64,000 bases of DNA from Amoebophrya sp. A120 (Eukaryota > Protista > Dinoflagellata), in assembly GCA_905178155.1 (NCBI GenBank), contig CAJINV010000004.1:2440228-2504227 (forward strand), in the 5' to 3' direction. The notes beneath the pieces are model-generated. The model searched no databases. It saw only the letters and a list, made by a program, of their open reading frames with translations, and had not been told where the DNA came from. Below, in pieces: positions 59,212-64,000 of the stretch. How positions within the stretch are numbered: position 1 is the stretch's first letter; every line of letters starts with the position of its first letter. The position numbers were made by a program, and so were the translations under genes.

Positions 59212-62200
59212 TCACTTTTCGATTTTCTCGTGCAACACGTCGTGCTTGGCGTGCAGGTCGTCGGTCTTGGCGTGCAGCTCGTCGGTTTTCTGGGCGAGTT
59301 CGTAGTGCGAGGTCTGCAGGTCTTGCGTGGTGTTGTGGGCGCCGTGCGAGAAGTGCATGACCAGGGCCGCTATCAGATCTAAAAGTGTCTGGGTCTGGAA
59401 GAATGCGCGATTTGTCATGCAGATTTTCCATGATCCATGTCGTCTGGAATGCAGGACCTAGCATGACAGATTCTGTGGGATCCCTACCATGCCTAGCCTG
59501 CATGAGAAACTTCCTCTCACCTTCGTCAAAAGTGGACAACTTTTGGCTTTCATGCAACACAGATTTTTGCATGATCCAGAACCAGCATCACAAGTTCTAA
59601 CCTTCCAGACCCAGACATTTTTGCATTTATTAGCCGTGATGCCGAGCACCGCAATGACGGAGATGACGTATGAACTGCAAAAGTCTCGTTCGTAGTAGTA
59701 GAAATTGCAATACAAATTTCCTCAGCATGAGAAATAAAATTTGTAAGAGCGGGGTAACAAACCTCCCATAAGAAGTTACCGGGTAACTTCTCATCCACCC
59801 GGCCGGGTGGATGAGAAGTTAGCCTCAGCGAGCCCGTCCGCGGTTGCTACCGCCTTCCCCGTCGGGCTCGCGCCCGTCCGTCGTTCCCATTCCCAGATCT
59901 CGGCTGGAGGGGGGGGGGTTGAGTACATGCAAAAGGAATTGAGCACTTTAATATATGCGCGCAAAAGTAATTCGCGGAATCTCTACAAGTAGCATTTGAT
60001 ACGCATTTCTACTCCTAGACAGAATCTCTAGCATGCATGTAAAAGTAAGTAGCATTTGTTTGATATGCATTTTCCCCCCCCTGGTTCCTTCGTGTTGGTT
60101 GGTTTGGTTGATATGGATTTTCCCCCCTTGCGAGTCTGGTTTAACTCGCAACCAAACCAACCAACACGAAGTAACCAGGGGGGTAACCAGGGGGGAAAGT
60201 GCATAGGTTTAACTCGCAGCCAACTGCTCGCGCGCATACGTGCGTAGATCTCTTGACATCCGTCTTGAGGTTTAGGGCCGGAGCGCTCTCAGCACTGCTG
60301 AAGCTTTAGAGCCTGAAGGGAGTGCACGCCCGAAAGGATCAGGGCGCAAGGCTTTTTGATAGCGCTTTTTTCCAAATGGCTTCATAATTCGCTTACTATG
60401 TTGCTTTTTTCTCCTTTTTTCCCGGGCCCAACTGGCACCAAGCAGTTTTTCTTTTCGCTTGTCCCCACCCGGACAAATCGGTGTAGGTCTAGGTCTAGGC
60501 CTAGGACCATCAAATGTCCTCCTCCGCGTCCGCTGTTCCGACCTCCCACCGTCCCGCCGTCGTAAAATCTTCTTTCCTCCTTCAGTCCCGGATCGCCGCG
60601 ACGTCGTGTTTCAGGGTTTTAGGGATTTAGGGTTCCTGGTTCGATTTACATGCATATAGAGACTCCGCATGTCAAGCGCTAAATTACTTTTACATGTACT
60701 CAACCCCCCCCCTCCAGCCGAGTCCGAGACCTGGGAATGGGAACGACGGACGGGCGATGGCCGGACGGGGAAGGCGGTAGCAACCGCGGACGGGCTCGCT
60801 GAGGCTAACTTCTCATCCACCCGGCCGGGTGGATGAGAAGTTAGCCGGTAACTTCTTATGGGAGGTTTGTTACCCCGCTCTAATGCGGGTTTACCTTAAG
60901 AAAAAGATTTACAATGCAAGAATTACATTTATACTACTACGATACTTTTGCAGTTCATATGACGACGACGATCACAATGATCACCGTTTCGTCGATCTCC
61001 TCGTTGTGTCAAGTGCAAAAGTGATGTCCGGGTCTGGAATGTTGCCGAATTATTTGTCATGCATATTTTGCTCGACCTAGTATGTCTGTAATGCACGACC
61101 TAGCATCTACTTCACAGATTTATCTTAGAGGGCTTCCTGAAGATCATGCCTACACCGCATGACAAATGCCCTCCCGCCGCTGGCGCCGTAGCACAAACCA
61201 GACTCCTCCTGCTGGTCAACATGCAATACAGATTTTTTTACCGTCCAAAGTAGTTACTAGCATCACAAGTTCATCCAACCTTGTAGTTCCAGACCCAGAC
61301 ATTTTGGCATTCGATAGGTTGGTTTTGTTTGTGCGCTCGCAGATTTGGATTTGGGAGTTGATGGAGGCGAGGGCCTCCGTCGCTTCCGTTCCGTACTTCA
61401 GGAGCGACAGTTGCTTGATCGGATCGCATATCCTGTGCAAAAGTATCGTACTCGTAGTAACTGCAATCAATAAAATCATGCATTTATAAATCAAAATCTT
61501 TTTCTTATCGCAAATCCGCATTACAAATTTTCTCTCTCATGCTGAGGAAATTTGTAAAAATGCATTTATAATATTACGAGTGCGATACTTTTGCAGTTCA
61601 TATCGCATTCCGTGACGATTTTTTTGAGGTTGGTCAGGAACCCGCAGACGGATGGCTTCTCCCCGGTTTTTATCAAATGTAAAAATGTCTGGGTCTGGAA
61701 GATTCTGAGATTTGTCATCCATATTTCGGATCACGCAGGTGGCGTCTGATGCAGGCGAAAGCATCACAGGTTTTGAGCACGCCTCATGATGCCTGTCCCG
61801 CATGAGAAACTTCCTACTTGCGTGCCAAGAAATGGACAGCTTTTGGCGCTCATGCAACACAAATTGAAATTTTTGTGTGTTCCAAAGGTTGCATCACAAG
61901 TTCCAACCCTTCCAGACCCAGACATTTTTACATTTGATAGTTTTGAGGGCCGTCACCACGTACCCGTTCGGGTCCGCGACGGCGTCGTAGCACGCTTTCG
62001 TGACCGCGGCGCCCGTCGTGCCCGCTGGCGCCACGTTATGGATGTGTCAGAATCGAAATCGTCAAAGTTGAAATAACTTGTAATGCATAAAATGCAACGC
62101 AAAGATTGCCTCTATTGCAGAGGACGCAACGGATGCAGATTGCAACCCTGTCGAGGGGTAAAAATTGAGCTGCTAAAGTAGCCTGACTACAAAAGGCGTC

Positions 62201-64000
62201 TTCCTTACCCAAGCAGCATTACAAACTGGATTTCAGTTCTACCCAAATTTGTCATGCGCCACTTGAAAACTAGGCGCCAACTGGTATCCGTTTTACGCAT
62301 CACAAATTATTTCAACTCTGACGATTTCGGTCCTGACACTTCCATACACGTTCACTGTGGCGTCAAGCGTCGGGTAGGGAAACAATCCCTGCATGGCCAT
62401 CTTCACCAGGGCGTCGATGTTCTGGGCGCCCGGTGGAGTGGTGAGGCTGTTGGTGTTGATGGAGGTCACGGCTTGCTTGGTCGTGCACAGCAGGTCCTCG
62501 TGAATCATTTCGGCGTAGTAGCACGACTGGCACTATCAAATGCAAAAATGTCTGGGTCTGGAAGAATGCAACTTGTCATGCTAAATCTGAAGCATGCAAA
62601 AATCTGTGTTGCATGCTTAGCACAAGTCGTCCACTTTTGACCAAGTCGGGAGGGAGTTTCTCATGCAGGATAGGCATGAGAAAGATGGCACGCAATCTGT
62701 CATGCTAGGTCCTGCATTCCAGATCCAGACCTCATGGGTCATGGAAAAGCTTCATGACAAATCGCGCACCCTTCCAGACCCAGACATTTTTGCACTTGAT
62801 AGGTACGTGGGAAGGGCTTGCGCTTCGCAGGACGTGACGCAGTCTATCAGCGCCGCGCTGGCCAGACTCAGGCACGCGGTGGACGACAAGCAATTCTGAG
62901 CGGCCCAGGTGGGGTTCATGGAGGCGGCCCCGCAGGTTCCCTGGAAGTTTTTCCAGGCGGCTTCGCAGGCGCCGCCTTGCGTCGTCGCCAGGAAGGCGGC
63001 CGGCGCCGTGGGCGGGGAGTAGGTGTCGGGCCAGGTCTATCAAAAGGAAAAATCACCCCTCGTCCCCATTATATCAAAAGAAAGTTTCTGACGCTGGACT
63101 TGATGTGTACACAGATCAGGTCTGTCTTGCAGTAGAGGACTGCAACAGGTAGCCCATATTACCAAGCCTAAGTAGAGCAGGGCTTTGACGTAGGCGGGTA
63201 GCATGGCAGATTTGTACTCTGTAGGCCCCATAGCTGCATCACAAACCGCCTGCATAATGCGGCGGAGTCGCTGGATTGGCCTTCTCGCAATACAGAGACG
63301 ATTTGTGTGGTGCACGAATCAGCATCACAAATTTTCAGAAGTATTTCTTTTTGGTATAATGGGGAGGGGGGATTTTTTCTCACGATAAGGTCTTCAGGCA
63401 CTGCAGGTCCGTCTGGGCCTTGGTCACCTCGGCCAACGCGATGGAGCTGAACGTATGAGAGTGCACAACTCCCCCTCTCCTTCATTTGAATGGCATAAAC
63501 GGCAACACAAGTGCTGGCATAAATGCAGCTTTTGCAACATGACAAACTCGCGACCGAGTTGAGTGCTGTTTCGGCTTCCGAAATCTGTCATGCAAGATGT
63601 GCCAAAGAGAAAAGGGCGGACTTGGTATTTTACATGACAAATCAGGGGGAGGGGGAGTTGTGCATTGTCATAGAACGACACGCCGTGCGAGAATTCTTGG
63701 CAAACGTGGTAGATCTGGTACATCTATGAAATGCAAAAATGTCTGGGTCTGGAAAAATGCAGAGGTTTGTGATGCAGCTTTGGCATGACCGAGAAGGTCT
63801 ACCATGCACGCCGTAGTATGACAGGTTTTGAGAAGGTCTCCGAATGCGTCATCCGCATGACAAAGCCCTTTTTTCGGTGGCCGGACATGTGCACCTTTTG
63901 GCTTACATGCATGACAGATTTTTGTGTGATGTGACATGCGCATCATAAGTTGCATCTTTCCAGACCCAGACATTTTTACATTTGATATCATCGCCATCGC
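59212..64000 (-). CDS. Cys-rich type I membrane protein (5' end outside the window) with a His-containing coiled-coil tail
   Basis: Exons in plus-strand coordinates 63993-64000, 63678-63724, 63393-63453, 62807-63037, 62352-62533, 61945-62036, 61608-61670, 61322-61428, 60965-61006, 59638-59668, 59212-59370 give 341 uninterrupted codons including the stop after removing 10 introners. TM VIIVIVVVISVIAVLGIAALVM; tail ELAQKTDELHAKTDDLHAKHDVLHEKIEK*. Confidence 0.82.
59371..59632. mobile_element. Introner-like element, family A (262 bp)
   Basis: TSD GCCGC/GCCGT; family A TIR. Confidence 0.88.
59669..60959. mobile_element. Introner-like element, family B (154 bp without insert), carrying a nested MITE
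   Basis: TATGAACTGCAAAAGT / ACTTTTGCAGTTCATA perfect TIR; TSD TGACG perfect. Confidence 0.9.
59747..60880. mobile_element. 1134-bp PIF/Harbinger-like (Tourist-type) MITE
   Basis: ~200-bp TIRs starting GAGCGGGGTAACAAACCTCCCATAAGAAGTTACCGG; TAA TSD (59744-46 / 60881-83). Confidence 0.88.
61007..61316. mobile_element. Introner-like element, family A, degenerate (310 bp)
   Basis: TGTCAAGTGC...GCATTCGATA; TSD CGTTG/GGTTG. Confidence 0.82.
61429..61602. mobile_element. Introner-like element, family B (174 bp)
   Basis: TSD TCGCA perfect; family B TIR. Confidence 0.92.
61671..61939. mobile_element. Introner-like element, family A (269 bp)
   Basis: Near-perfect ~30-bp TIR TATCAAATGTAAAAATGTCTGGGTCTGGAAG; TSD GTTTT perfect. 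Confidence 0.93.
62037..62346. mobile_element. Introner-like element, family E (310 bp)
   Basis: TATGGATGTGTCAG...CTGACACTTCCATA; TSD CACGT perfect. Confidence 0.92.
62534..62801. mobile_element. Introner-like element, family A (268 bp)
   Basis: TSD GGCAC/GGTAC; family A TIR. Confidence 0.9.
63038..63387. mobile_element. Introner-like element, family H (350 bp)
   Basis: TSD AGGTC perfect; family H TIR. Confidence 0.9.
63454..63672. mobile_element. Introner-like element, family F (219 bp)
   Basis: TSD GAACG perfect; family F TIR. Confidence 0.92.
63725..63987. mobile_element. Introner-like element, family A (263 bp)
   Basis: TSD ACATC/TCATC; family A TIR. Confidence 0.9.

Noticed and set aside
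60609-60632. TTTAGGG telomere-like repeats
   Set aside because: Only 2-3 imperfect units inside a MITE; not a telomere.
17742-63997. Recurring peptide motifs in the ORF track (CKNVWVWK, MSGSGR, FQTQT, LPDPD, QKYRTR, CKSIVLV) suggesting a repeat-protein family
   Set aside because: They are six-frame translations of family A and B TIRs, not proteins.

Overview
Eukaryotic, gene-dense DNA that looks like a syndinian dinoflagellate (Amoebophrya-like). That assignment is inferred from relict dinoflagellate spliced-leader copies at 29815-29865 and from the intron architecture. The ORF track is misleading because the genes are broken up by 48 introner-like elements, normally 149-379 bp, in at least 8 sequence families. 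They have TAT...ATA ends, terminal inverted repeats (TIRs) and 5-bp target-site duplications (TSDs; 33 perfect, 15 imperfect), and none can be excised precisely with GT-AG ends. Removing each element plus one TSD copy by hand restores continuous reading frames: a 1641-aa FkbM-like methyltransferase-domain protein, a 1272-aa Venus-flytrap + EGF + Cys-less pentameric ligand-gated ion channel + extra TM + EF-hand protein, a 380-aa CAMK-like kinase, a Cys-rich type I membrane protein (partial) and smaller genes. Three introners carry nested insertions. The 47-57 kb intergenic region is a nest of non-autonomous TIR elements, including a 5.2-kb element with the same TAT...ATA / 5-bp TSD signature as the introners. 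No transposase, rRNA, tRNA or CRISPR array was recognised. All gene models are manual reconstructions without transcript data.
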